A DNA stretch of 64,000 nucleotides. It comes from Microthyrium microscopicum (lineage: Eukaryota). Below, one piece after another: positions 1 through 12,801 of this stretch. The DNA lies in NCBI GenBank assembly GCA_010405405.1, contig MU004231.1, forward strand, positions 670,153-734,152, given 5' to 3'. A program made the position numbers and the translations under genes. The notes below the pieces were generated by a model, which had not been told where the DNA came from, did not search any database, and saw only the letters and a list, made by a program, of their open reading frames with translations. The first letter of the stretch is position 1. Each line of letters starts with the position of its first letter.

Positions 1-433
1 ACATGTTACTCTAGTGTTTTGTTTGTATTACCATGACCAGTTTGTAAACTTTTCACTAAAATCGTCAAATGTGCTTAGCATTTGACATTTCGTTGGTGAC
101 CCAGCCAAGACATGTTATGGTGTGACAGTCCAGAATCACCTTGTTGGATGTGAACTCCAAATCGAAACATGACTTCTATTTGGTCGAATTAAGTGAAGTG
201 GGTCTCAATGGTGGTCGGCTAGTTAGCATGGAACCAGTCCTTTTGATGAAGTGAAGGTGGGTTACATAGCACCGTAATACCTAGATGGCCCCCAAAGTAA
301 AAGAAAAAAGTATAAAAGTGAATTGTACCAACGATGATATTTGTGCAAGGGGGAGCATCACTTGCTGAGGAGTCTCATGACAACTTGTTAATGGAAGCAA
401 ACCGAGCAAAGGATTTGGTAGTACTATCACGCA

Positions 434-501
434 TAAACTTTACTTATTCTATTAGAGAACTCTCTACGCTAAACTTTACTTGTTCTATCAGAGAACTCTC
501 T
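434..501. repeat. Two-copy direct repeat (32 nt, period 36) just upstream of the DUF3328 start codon
   Basis: taaactttacttattctattagagaactctct at 434-465 vs taaactttacttgttctatcagagaactctct at 470-501; 2 mismatches. Confidence 0.85.
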
Positions 502-542
502 GTGTTCTCCAGCTTCCACTTGGCTTTCCATCGTTTCCAAAC

Positions 543-1535
543 ATGGCAGAGCACAAACAATATCTTTTGTCTCGATCAGATCAAGGATCTGCCGAATATG
601 AGAGAATCCCTCTGACTGATACCCAAGGTTCATCACGAGCACGATGGCAAAAAGGATGCAATGCTAAGCGCCGAGGAATATGGCAAAATCTCTGCTTCAT
701 CGGTTCTCTGATCTGGCTTCTCGGCTGTTTATTGCTACTCATGAGTATGATAACCTGGATAAGAACTGGACAGAGCCAATGCAAGCCTTATTCGATATAC
801 TGTAAGTTTAGCAAAACGGTTCGAAAACTTAAGATCTTTAACGTGTTGACTTTATTCGCAGCTCCGGCTCAGGGTGTAATCAAATACCACAACTATACTT
901 TCACCACTGGCTTCTCCCCCGAGCGTTCCAAGTGGCAAGGACCTCCATCTCCCTCTGTTGATGAGGAGTGGGTGGCTCTCTATAGTACGCATGACACCCA
1001 AGGGCCCCCATACGCATCAAGAACTGACATGGTTTAGACTTTGGAATAAGCAGAGTGACAGCCGACGAAGCTGCCCAGTTCTATAACAAGACCTCAGAAA
1101 TTCCCGGTGATCCCGGCCACTACATTACCGATCTAGACGTCTTTCACCAACTGCATTGTCTCAATGCGGTGCGAAAGCTCATCTGGCCGGAATACTACCA
1201 CACCCTTGACAATCTCGTTGGTAAAACCCGCACGAAGAGCCAAGAGCATCTCGGTAAGTACAGAGTTCCACCAGTATTAGAATATATTTACTAAAATGTC
1301 GCCAGACCACTGCATTGACTCTCTTCGACAATCTCTCATGTGCAGTGCGGATGTCACTCCACTCTACTGGGTATGGAGTCCGAAGAGAAATTTGACCCTA
1401 CCGGAAGCTAGGGTAACGCACACATGTCGAGATTTTGAGGCTATTCGTCAGTGGGCATTGGAGCGACAGATGGTGGTGCCTTTCAATAGCAGTGTTCATA
1501 TGCCAGGTTCCCCTGTGGTTTTCCACGGATCCTGA
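543..1535 (+). CDS. UstYa-like / DUF3328 oxidase, 4 exons
   Basis: ATG at 543 (MAEHKQY). N-terminal TM helix (FIGSLIWLLGCLLLLMSMITWI). Introns ~802-861, 985-1037, ~1255-1305. Two HxxHC motifs (VFHQLHCLNAVRK; EHL|DHCIDSLRQSLMCSAD) plus HTCRDFEAIRQWA, typical of DUF3328. Confidence 0.9.
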
Positions 1536-3088
1536 GATTCATGTTCCAACATAGCTTGATTTTCAATGGACAAGTCTGATTCTAACAGTTGGCTATAAGT
1601 GATATATGCTTATTACGTCGGCAGAGTCGCCTGTGGCTGAAATACCGTACGATATACTGCCATTGGTAATCGCCCAAGATGTAGTACCCTACTGGCTTTC
1701 ATCATTGCGTCAATTCGTCTCCAGTTTCTAGAAAAATAAAGTAGAACTACGGAGCACTTATTATTTACTATGTAGGCGTCACCTCTAATTCGATCGCGAT
1801 AGAGGACTAGTGAATGACATGAAGAGACCTACCACCTAATTCAGTCGTGATTATCGCTCTATGTGTTATATTGTTCGGCCTGTTAACGCGGAAGGAGTGT
1901 TGGCCATATTGTTATTCAGCAAAATTTAACACGAGAAATCAAGTTACTCCAATATATTCCAGGCTCAAGTAACTATATTTCCACGATTTCTTTGATCAAA
2001 TGACAGCTATAGCATAATGTCAGCCTGATTGATGATGAGATGAAGTTGTGATCGATTCAGCCTTCTGGAGAGCTCTCAATCCTTGCATCTATAAAACACT
2101 AAGCCGAAAATGGCGAGAGCCAAAAAGCCACGTCTGGCCAGACGGGTGTTGCCGAGAAGGGTTCCCTAAGATAGAAGTCGCTAAATCTTGCACATGGTCC
2201 TAGAAATTTGCAAAGAATGACTAAATCTCATGCCAGTCCTACAGGTACGTTGACTTGAAAAGCCATGGCGAGTCGTAGTCGAAATTGCCTCAACTTTATA
2301 ATGTGCAAACCTCAGCAGGCATGGGCCAGGTTGGGCTGTGCTAGTAGTAATTCAATAGCAAGCTCGAAGGAACCCAACGACAGATTGGCGCACATGCGCG
2401 ATGCTGAAGGCCTAAAAGAGCGACTCTGTGAAAGCACTTTGCGGGGGATTTGCGCTTGCTAAGAACCTTCCATGATTCTTACTCTTTGAGCCTTCGATGG
2501 TTGTAACTTTGTAGCTGCATATTCCAGGCCTTTGACCTGGATCTTCCTTCTAGCTCAAGTCCTGCTTAGCTTCCTAGCTTGGCCTTTCTTCAGCCAAGCC
2601 ATTTAATTGTTGACTCTCTCCCATCTCATTCCCTCCACCAGCATCATCTCTTGTACCCAACTACAATCCCCAACTTCATACTTTCATCCATTCGCCTCAT
2701 CTTATTCTTTCACTTTACTGCTTGCTAGCCTCTAGCTACTTCAATAACCTGGCCCCCGCACCTCAACCTCAATTCATCCGCGATCAGCTTCTTCACACTA
2801 AGCTCGTCACTTTTGATCGGAACAGGCCACCAGAACCCCACTCATCCTTCCAGCAACTTATTCTTGTTGCTACCAAGCTCTTCCAAAGCTTAACCTGAAA
2901 AGCCTGTGATCTGGAAACCTGGGGTACCTTTCACCGCACGTTCTGCGTCTATCTTATCACAGTTGCCCACTCAGGCTAACTGCAACTCCGATCTGACCAT
3001 CTTCATTCAACCCACGCGACAGACAACCTGGAGCAGAGGAGGGTTTGGCGCTACCAATCAGCTCCACTACTTTTGATCAGTTGGAACC

Positions 3089-4490
3089 ATGTCTGGCTCC
3101 CCACAGGAATCCCCCACATCTGGGCCAACTAGTCACCCAGTCAATCAATCCGCTTCAGCACCAGCGCAATTACCTATACCCACTTCGCCAGGCATCCACC
3201 TTCCCCCTACTGCTCGAAGACTACATTCTGACGAGTTAGTTCCTAGAAGGGGATCTGTGCAGTTTCTCGACTCATCCAAAGACGGCAATCCGCTTGGAAG
3301 AACTAGGACTGGCAGTTTAGGGACGAGAAAAATGTCTCCTCCACCAGCACCGTAAGTACCCAGTCTGCACAATTTATCCATATCAAATATTTCCATTTGG
3401 ACTCAAGAGGTGGTCAAAGTCGTGTATGGCTGATTTGTGTATGATAGTTTGTCCAGCAAATTCGACAAAAGAGTTGGTTTCGATACCTTTGACAAGAAGA
3501 ACGAAACTGCAGCCAGTGGAGCCACTGCTTTCACTCTTGCTAGAAAGCATGTAGACTACAACTTCACCAAACAGTCTCGGACTTTTCTCTGCGGATTAGA
3601 TTCCAACGACTATTCGGAGTATGCCCTCGAGTGGCTCATTGATGAACTTGTTGACGATGGAGACGAAGTCGTGTGCCTTCGCGTTGTCGACAAGGACTCT
3701 AGCATTGCTGGCTCAACTAGCGTCGAGCAAGGCCTTTACAAAGAGGAAGCTGAACGCCTTATGGAAAGCATTGTCAAGAAGAATTCTGACCACAAGGCCA
3801 TCAATCTCGTTCTGGAGTTTTCTGTGGGGAAAGTGGAAAAGGTCATCATTAAGATGGTAAGACGGCGAGATACTGCTATGGAGCTTTCTAACTCGACTGC
3901 AGATCAAATTGTATGAACCTGCCTTATTGATTGTAGGCACAAGAGGCAGAAATCTCGGTGGCATTCAAGGCCTGCTTCCAGGTAGTGTTTCTAAGTATTG
4001 CCTCCAGAACAGTCCTATACCGGTGATTGTTGTCCGGCCAAATAACATGCGTGCGAGAGGCAAGCGCAAGAGGCAGAAGGATCCCTCTCGACAAGTGTAT
4101 CGCGACATTCTGGACAAATCCGACAAAGTTGCCGAAAACGCCGATGTGCTTGGTCGAATGGGCGTTGTTCTAGAATCTGGCCAGGCTGTAAGCGAGGACG
4201 AAGCAGCTGCTGTAGCGCAGGCCATCGGAATAGAGAAACCGGTTCCCAAACCATCGAATGCCGGATCTGGAATAAGAGGTAGTCCCAAAAGCCCATTGAT
4301 CAAGGTTCAATTGGTCGATGATTTCGATGATGATGAAAAGGTGGACTTGAATGAGGACCCAACAGCTGACAAGGACAACAGAGAGGACGAGGATGCCAAA
4401 CTACCTCAAACCGGTGTTCACGACGAAACCTCACGGGAAGGAAAAGGAACACCAGAGTCCGTCGTGCCAGCCACAGCCTCAAACCAATAA
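3089..4490 (+). CDS. Universal stress protein (USP/UspA) domain protein, 3 exons
   Basis: Introns ~3352-3447 and 3857-3902 join three ORFs. RTFLCGLDSNDYSEYALEWLIDELVDDGDEVVCLRVV and LIVGTRGRNLGGIQGLLPGSVSKYCLQNSPIPVIVVRP are USP motifs. Confidence 0.88.
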
Positions 4491-5215
4491 CGACTTCCAG
4501 CATGCGCCGAACTGCCCGTTGTTCTCGACAACTTTGCAAAGCACCATTACCGTTGGACCAGAACCTCATTCGGACCCTCCAGCGTCACCCGATCCGCCAT
4601 CAAACCCTGATCAAGTCAGCCCCCGAAGACCGATTTTGAAAAATCCATTATCCTGTACATGCGATAACCCGAATCATGATGGCCATGACCCTGCTGTGCC
4701 CCCTCGCTCGCAAGAGTCGCCGGGAGAAGTTCATTTCGATGAGAAAGGTACTTCGAAAGCAGATGGGAGACTCAGTGCAAACAGCCATTAACCTCTTTAG
4801 TGTCCGTTGTGACAATACCGAATCCTGATGAGCCCGAAGACCCCGATGAGCCTGCAGATCCCGATGCGAACGTTGGTCCCGACTAGGTAGATGGACCAGA
4901 AGATAGAGGTCTATCGACTGCTGCGACAGCGCTGATTGCATTCACCATGATTTACCAGTTTCTCAATGGCACTTATTGTAAGGAGGGTAGCTCAATTTAA
5001 TTGGGGAAAGCTATTACTCTCGAGATTATCGCTGAGTCTTGACCCGACAAGGCGAATTATCGCCTCTAATGAAATAATACAAGTTTCATCTTTCAATCTG
5101 CCGCATGTCTCGAACTTTCGTGAAACTGTCACCAGCTCTGTCCTCATAAATCGCGCCTAGCAAGGCGATGTTCAACCCTCAACCCCGATCATACGTTCGT
5201 TCCATTCCCCTTTGC

Positions 5216-5950
5216 CTATCCAGCACACGGCTCACACTGCACATCGCCCAACGACCACTTCCTCTCCCCCATAAACCCAACCAGCGCCTCCATCTCCCCA
5301 TTCCCCTTCGCACTACACATCCCCATCAACTGTCCCCTAATCCTCTCACACCACTCACAATCCCTCACAGCCGCAAGACCTTTCAACCCCTCCAACACCT
5401 CCGCCGCCTGCTCCCCCTTCACCACCTCCCCCGTCGCACTCTTCGGACACGTAATACTATACTCCACACTAACCACCTGATCCGCCGCACCCTTGCCCAA
5501 CGGCACTGCACTGCCCGCCCGCACTAGCGCATGCACATGGCTACTCAGCATCGTATGCGGCGCATCCGTCAACGTCGTTCCAAGTTTATGTGTCGCGAGT
5601 CGACAGATGAGGTCCGTGGAACTTAGCGTGTGGTTTAGCAGCTCGATGGCAAATTGCGGTGACTGGAGAGGTGTAGTGGACCCGACGAAGATTCGCAGCG
5701 CCGTCGTGCAGGGCGTGGAGAGGAAGTTTGGGATGCTGAGTGTGTAGGGATGCATGGAGGCGGGTGGAGGTGCGGATTGCAGGGCGGAGGTGAAGATGGT
5801 GGTTAGGTTGGTGGCGCTTAGGTGGGAGGGGAACCAGATGAATTGCGGGGATATGGTGTAGTTTAGGGTGGGTGTTGTTGGGGATTGGGGGAGGCAGGTT
5901 TGCGCCGTTGTTAGGAGAGGAAGGGTGGTTAGGGGGGTTGTTGGTTTCAT
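5216..5950 (-). CDS. Hypothetical protein, possibly secreted (~244 aa)
   Basis: Long intronless ORF with probable ATG at 5950 (MKPTTPLTTLPLLTTAQTC, a weak signal-peptide-like start) and several Cys. No family recognised. Confidence 0.5.
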   Translation of the reverse strand: MKPTTPLTTLPLLTTAQTCLPQSPTTPTLNYTISPQFIWFPSHLSATNLTTIFTSALQSAPPPASMHPYTLSIPNFLSTPCTTALRIFVGSTTPLQSPQFAIELLNHTLSSTDLICRLATHKLGTTLTDAPHTMLSSHVHALVRAGSAVPLGKGAADQVVSVEYSITCPKSATGEVVKGEQAAEVLEGLKGLAAVRDCEWCERIRGQLMGMCSAKGNGEMEALVGFMGERKWSLGDVQCEPCAG

Positions 5951-6654
5951 TTTAGTGATGGTGGCGGAAGTGGTGATGGGCGTGGTGTTGAGGTTTGGTG
6001 TATATTTTAGTCGCGATTTCTCTTGATTGTTGTTGACTTTTGGGAAGGAGATTATGGTATAAGATGTAAGTATGATACTATGTTTTTTGTGAGGGGGGAG
6101 TTTGAAGAGTAAATATGCAGTGAGTACCAACACTTTGGATGAAGTTTCTATACGAGTCGATGATATCTGAGACTATATGGACATGGGCATGATATACATT
6201 CGCGGCTAAGGTTGACCCTGGCCCAATTGTGTAATGTTCATTGACTTTAGAAGTCCGGTTCGCAACTCCGCTCATTTTGTGCAAAACATCCTGATATCTT
6301 CGAACTTGTTATGAAATAATACTTGAAATTTGATTGGTGAGCCGTCAGGCGACGATTTGATATGGTACCAAACTATAATTAAAGACAATGACGTCTGTAG
6401 TAGGTCTACTTAAGAAAGCATTGACCGAATTATATCAAGTTTGCTATGACCATTGTGCCCCAAGCTACCCAGATGAAGGGCTGATTTGGGTACCGACTTT
6501 TGGGTTGGCAGGGCGGTCACACTGTGGTCACCTATTCGATGAAAGTCCTAGCTTTGACATTATGATTGATCTGAACTACTTTTTAATCCGCGTAGATGAC
6601 CGAGCTCTGCTTAAGCTTTGTTGGTATTGGCTTTGAAACGACTCGAGCAGGAGG

Positions 6655-7563
6655 TTACATGATGGTACAGAAACTCGGGGCGTGTAGAAAGCTTGTTACT
6701 GCAGCTTGTACGGCCTGAACAGTCCCAAGACCTACTTGAGATGCTTCTGCAGCTTTATGAGCTTTGGCTGTTAGAAGACCGAAGATTAGATGGTTCATGT
6801 CAGATTGTGTGACTGGCGATGCTGGCGGTTTCCAGCCTTCTTTGTATGGGAGACGTTCTTCCTCTATATCGCAGTCAGTGACAGCTTTTGTAGCTTCTTG
6901 GTAAAGTGAAAACATACCGAAGAAGATTCGTAGATACTCAATTGGACATGTTCCTTCTTTCTTATCTCCCAACATGGCAGTGAACAGAGCAGTTTCACCA
7001 TAGCTAAAGATGAATTCCTTGAGACCATACTCGAGATGCTTCCCAGCTGCTTCATGGGCTTTTTTGCATGCAGTCAATCTATCATATCTGGCTTTGCTGG
7101 CCAATTCCAAAGTAGTCTCCTTGTTATCGCCATAAGTTGCCATGACACTTTCAAAAATCTCCTTGTTGAAAGAATGGTTATTACCAGACATCAGGTCGTC
7201 GCGAGAAAGGGAGACATCGTGCTCAATCAGTCCATGTTTGTCAACCATGTCAAGATCGAATGTATGCTTGCTGTGATCTGGATTGCCCTGCAAGGCTCCA
7301 AGAGTGAAGATGTTGGCTATGCCAGAGTCGAGCTTGATGCTGGTGGTGAGTGCCTTGACTGCCTGCTCTTTTGTGATATCTCTTCCATTGTGAGGTAGAA
7401 TGTGGTGATTTGCCAATGCATTGATCATTGGACAAGGCGATCGCACTGAACACTAGTTAGACACTCATGCTTAGCTAATTCTTGGATACTTGCCGTCGCC
7501 TTCACCAGCTGGTTCCCATTTCGTCCAATCAATTTCTGGGTGATCTGATGGTGGTGCTGCCAT
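6655..7563 (-). CDS. Heme-thiolate peroxidase (chloroperoxidase / short unspecific peroxygenase, Peroxidase_2), 3 exons
   Basis: RSPCPMINALANH (proximal PCP Cys), EHDVSLSR and YGE motifs. ATG at 7563. GC-AG intron 7446-7493 and GT-AG intron ~6865-6918. No evident signal peptide. Confidence 0.9.
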
Positions 7564-8221
7564 TTGGATGATAGTAGAGTTATTAGGTAGCGTCTGGACC
7601 GAATCAAATCACTTGGAATGAGGTGTTCTTGTATCAACAATTGATCCGAAATGGGCTATAACTTGAGCTTGAAACTAAACGATGGGACTAACCCATCATA
7701 TCAGTCCACCGACTTCATTTTGTAGTGCTGTTCACAGCTCAGCCCAACGACAGGGATTGAGCGGTCTTACCAGCGTTAATGCAAGCTGCTGCAGGTCTGA
7801 CCCCCTTTCAGCGATAGCTTCCATCTGTACAGCTTCATCTTGACAATCATTGGTAGATGCAAGTGAGCACTGAATGCTCTTCTTGGCACCTCATGCTGAC
7901 CCAGTTCTTGGTTGATAAGTGCTACCTAGCTGGCAATGGGGTAAATGGTTGGGAAATGCGGCCACAGAGTCTCTGCAGTCTCACAAACTGCCAAAGGCAA
8001 GCGAACCACAGCCCTCGCGAATACGAGCTCGAATAATGGCCTCTAGATCGAGTTCACAAGCACAGATGCGTCTCTATCGGCATCGCCGGCGGCTGAAAAA
8101 GAAAAGAGAGACTACAATATCACCGGCTGTACGAAGTCTTCTCTCGATATAGAGCAAAAGTGGTATCATTTGTACATGAGTGCAATTGCACACATGAGAG
8201 ACTATGCTTTTTGGGCCATTA

Positions 8222-11200
8222 CTACATATACAAGCTTGCCACAGCGCATACATCTCTCTTGATAAGCTCCTGACAAGTCGTCATCTTCTGATACAACGCT
8301 GGATCGCCAATGATCCTAGCCGCATTCTTGGCCTCACGACAAGTTTCATCAAGTCGACTTATGACACGGACGATTGTGCCCTCCATAACATCCGTCAAGT
8401 CAGTGATGCGATTGAACGACATGCCTCGAGCCCATTCATAAACGACCTCAACCATGCCAAATCGAGGTTGACTGACGAAATCGTTGCTATCATCGGCGGA
8501 TTGAATGACCTGCCATTTGGTTTGCACTGAATTGACACGCTCTGATATTTCAATGATCTTGTCACGGCCCTTCTCCAGATTACTGGTCAGAGTCGGAACG
8601 CTGTCAGTCTTTTCTTGGAAGACAAAGGCTGATAAAAGTGCGACAATCTCTTCAGGTTCATAATCTGCCAGTACATTCTCGAGAATTAGTTCTGTAAGCA
8701 CAAGTTCATCGGCAGTGTGAATCTAACAATATTAGCATGTACATCAAGCAAGTGGATTTTGGTCTTACCTCGCAGGCCACCTTGCCCTTCAATTCGACTC
8801 GAGAATGTTCGTCGATGAATCCAAGTTCTTTGAGCACTTCAATTCTCTGTTCATAGTCAGGCAACAATCGTAGATTTTGGTCAGACATGAGCTGTTGGAG
8901 CTCCGCAATGGTCTCCTTGATCAGCCATTCATCATGCTCCGCTGTAAAGTGCTTCAAGAAATTCGGGCATTTCAAGCAAGAACAACTAAGTGCAACCTCA
9001 ACCTCCTTTTCGCGGGCTGCGATAACCTCGCGAAGCTCCATAGCCTTGATTTTTGACCAACTGAATTCATTCCAATCTCGGAACTTCCAATTCTGGCAAA
9101 GTGGTAATATTTCGTCCTCTGCAAGTTTCTGGGTATTGACCTTTGCATTCAGAAACTTGAGAGGTGATTCAACATTGATCTTGGCTTGAGTGACTCGTTC
9201 AATGTCCTTTGCTGGTACAACACATATACGGAAGCTAATATCCTTGAACTTTTTTGGCAACGGCTCGAAGTATTCAGAGACTTTAGCAATGAATGGCAAT
9301 GCGTCTGATCTGTCGCGTTTTGACCTACTCGAAAATTCAATGATTGGTAGAGTTGGTTCTTGTCCGCGGTTGAAGCCTTCTTGGATGAGCATTCCAACTT
9401 TTCGAATGCCTTCATGCTTGAAAACAACCAAGCGCTTTGGTTCAAAAACTCGTCGAGCGAAAGGATGGCCCAGTAGTTTGACATGGAGCTCTGAGTTGAT
9501 GCGCTCATAATTCATGCAAGCTTGATGGAACTTCTCCAAATCAACATCACAAATATCGCACGGTTCTCGCTTAATTTTGGCCAGGTTAGCTTGAGAGATA
9601 TTGACTTGTTTCTCGTGCTCTGGAAGTAAAGCTTGTGTAGCATCCTCGCTAAAGCTTCGTTTTATCATCTCCTCAATCTTGAGGGCTTCTACACGAAGCA
9701 GATTTAGAATCATGTTGTATGTCAGGCGGAATTGCGAACGAAGTTTGGTAGGGTCCCCTAGCATCATTTGACGAAGTCTCTGCACCGGTGGAGCCTCGTC
9801 AGCGCCAGGCGCTACTATGATGACTGTACCAACGGTATCCAGACCTCGGCGGCCAGCTCGGCCAGCCATCTGAGTGTACTCGCCAGGGAGCAGATCTCTG
9901 AACGAACGACCATCGTGTTTCCGATAGCCCGAGAAGACAACAGTTCTAGTCGGCAGATTGAGACCCATGGCGAAAGTCTCCGTGGCGAACAAGACCTTGA
10001 CAAGAGATTTGGCAAAGAGAATCTCGACCACCTCTTTGAGGATCGGCAGCATACCGCCATGATGAACAGCGAAACCCCTGCCAAGCAACTCTCGGAGCTT
10101 CAAAATCTGGGGTAATTGACGATCCTCAGGCTTCAAGCGAGCAACTGACTTTTCGATAGTCATGTGGATCGCACTCTTTTCTGCCGCGGTGCAGTAGTCC
10201 ATATTGGATAGGGCAGCAGCATTCTCCTCGCATCGTTTCTTGGAAAAGACAAAGATACATGCTGGTAACAGTTCGGCCTTGCGGAGGTGTTGAACCAAGT
10301 TCACCCATACATTACGATCTTGGGCGGCAGTAGTTCGTCCACCACCACGACCAGTTCTTGCGATATTTCCTCGACCAGTGTGGGACGGCAGACCTCTTCC
10401 ACGAGATTGCTGAGAAGATCCACCTCTTCCGCCGCCTCCACGCTGTGGTCCACCTCGATTTGGTTGTCCACGATGGTTGGTGCCTCGGCCTGAGCCTCGT
10501 AAATTACCTCCACGGGAAGCAGGCTGCTCTTCATTAAACGCAGGTGCCTTGACCTTGTCTTTTCCTTGAATAACATCATTTGCGGCTTTCCAGCCCAGTT
10601 CAAGGAACTGTTTTTCTGAATTCACAATTTTATGCATTTCCTTGCCAGCCCAAAGGTAGTGTTCCAACGGAATGGGGCGTTTTAGTGTCGAGATAACATA
10701 AATGTCCTTTTTCTTAGTCCGCCCAACCCATGAAGCAAACTCGTATGTGTTTGGCACAGTAGCAGAAAGTAATATGAGGGTTACATGTTCTGGTAGCATG
10801 ATGATCACCTCTTCCCATACTACTCCGCGCTCTAGATCGTTGACGTAGTGTACTTCGTCGAAGATTACAAACTCAACATCACGGATGATGTCTGCTCCTC
10901 GATAAAGCATACTGCGTAGAATCTCGGTAGTCATGATTAGACAGCTGGCTTCTGGTCGAATTTGTACATCGCCTGTGAGAATGCCAACATCATCGAACTC
11001 GTTACGAAAGTCTCGAAACTTTTGGTTACTTAGAGCTTTGATGGGCGAGGTATAGATTGCCTTCGTCATATGTTTTGCAGCCAGGGCGATAGCATACTCA
11101 GCAACAACGGTCTTTCCAGCAGAAGTGTGTGCAGCCACGAAGACAGAATCTCCACTTTCCAAGTGGTAGACTGCCTCCTTTTGGAATGTATCCAGCTCAA

Positions 11201-12140
11201 AGGGCCAGTCGCGAGCCATATCAGGAACAAGTTCTTTGAAGTTTGTGATATCGCGATTCACGTCCACCATATGCGCCCATTCCCGTCGAGACTTTCGATC
11301 TTGATGCATGGACAAATCTCCACGGGGCGCAAGGGCAGGGAATTCGATTGGCAGCAAAGCGTCGATATCTTCATCTCCTGATTGGTCTTCATCCTCATCC
11401 TCATCATCCGCGGCCAAAAGAGCCTCAAGTGTGTTTTGGTTGCCATTAGCATTCGAAGGTGTGGGCTCTGGTTCTTCGTCTAGAGCTTTTTCGACCTCTT
11501 TTGCATCTTTCTTCTCTTCTTCAGAAATCTTCTGCTCGCGTATACCACGAGGTAAGCCAGGCGCAATCTCGAGAAGTCCACCTTCCGCAGCAAAGTTTAT
11601 GACCCGGTCAAGTCCCCCTGTCTTCTTTGCTTTGACATTTTCTTCTAGTAGCAGGGCTTGATCCTCAATTGCAGCTATGGCTTCGACACCATCTAAACCA
11701 CCTGGCGTGAAAGGAAAGAATCCAGCAGCTCCTCGAACGAACTCTGCCCGATTGGCGGGTTTCCGAAGTATAGACGTAGAGTTTTTCGCAGTGGCACTGC
11801 TAGCCGGGACTGTGATTTCATTGTATCCAGTGACTTTTCCTTCAAGACCTTCACGATTAAATCGTATAACGGTTCTAGTCTGTGTGGGTGCAATACGAAA
11901 CAGCTCGGCATGATTGATTGGTGTTTTCCATCGCTCTTGAAGTTGATTTAGCCAGTGCGTGCTGAATGATGGAGATGGTGTGAGAAACTCGTCTTCCAAT
12001 TCCTTCTTCAGTTGCTCTTTCGTTTTTCTGACTCGTTTTCTCGGCCTGGATTCGTCCAATATGTCATCAATATAGGCGTCATCGGTAATGCTGTTGGCTG
12101 CCAACTGAAATTTTTCCAGTGCTGAAGCAAGAGATTCCAT
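8222..12140 (-). CDS. SKI2: Ski2 DExH-box RNA helicase (SKI complex)
   Basis: AHTSAGKT, IFDEVH, LLSAT and QMAGRAGRRG motifs, RG-rich insertion, DSHCT C-terminus (EGTIVRVISRLDETCRE...IKRDVCAVASLYM). One intron ~8723-8768. Confidence 0.95.
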
Positions 12141-12801
12141 GATCCTGCTATAGACTTTTCAACGACAGTCTAGCATAGGATTTGGCAATAGTTTGCGGGC
12201 GTCCGATATCACGCGTGAATTCGAAGGTGGCGGGCGTAGAGGTATCTGATGGATTTGTTTGTTTTTGGTGGGGTACAATGGTGAAGCTTCAATATTCAAC
12301 TGCTGAAAAGTGGTCAGGTGTTTACTTGCTCTGTCTCACAATTCGTGTACTATTTCTGATTTCACTTATTTTCTATTCTCTAATTTATTTCTACACTGCT
12401 CTTCTAAAAGAACAGCTCCGGTATCTGAATATGATCCTAAGTGTGCCCACAAACTTGGTAAAAGCATGCAGTACCAGACTATTTTGGGCTTGGTAGAGGG
12501 TTCAATATAATTCATAGTTCGTTCACTCGATAGTTGTCCTATTTTTTACCTTACAATAGATAAAGTTGTGCTAATACTATATTTGACCTGGTTTTGGTCT
12601 GCACAAGAACTACATACCAATCAATGTTCACATCAGTGTTAATGGTGCCCGGATCATTCCGACTGGTCAATTCAGCCTTGATAAGAATTGCTCAATCTGC
12701 AATCAGGTACAATCGTCAGGGTCCAAGAGTAGATTAATCGATCTACAATGAGAACTGTATGAAAACCAAGATACACTTGATACACAACAACCCATCGACT
12801 C

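Noticed and set aside
1630..1690. ctgaaataccgt, resembling part of a fungal TPP riboswitch
   Set aside because: The downstream ACTTGAT...AGCG elements are missing, and it is not in a thiamine-related gene or an evident intron.
543..7563. DUF3328 + small hypothetical ORF + heme-thiolate peroxidase as one halogenated-peptide cluster
   Set aside because: Interrupted by a conserved USP gene, with no precursor repeats or backbone enzyme visible. Proximity alone is insufficient.
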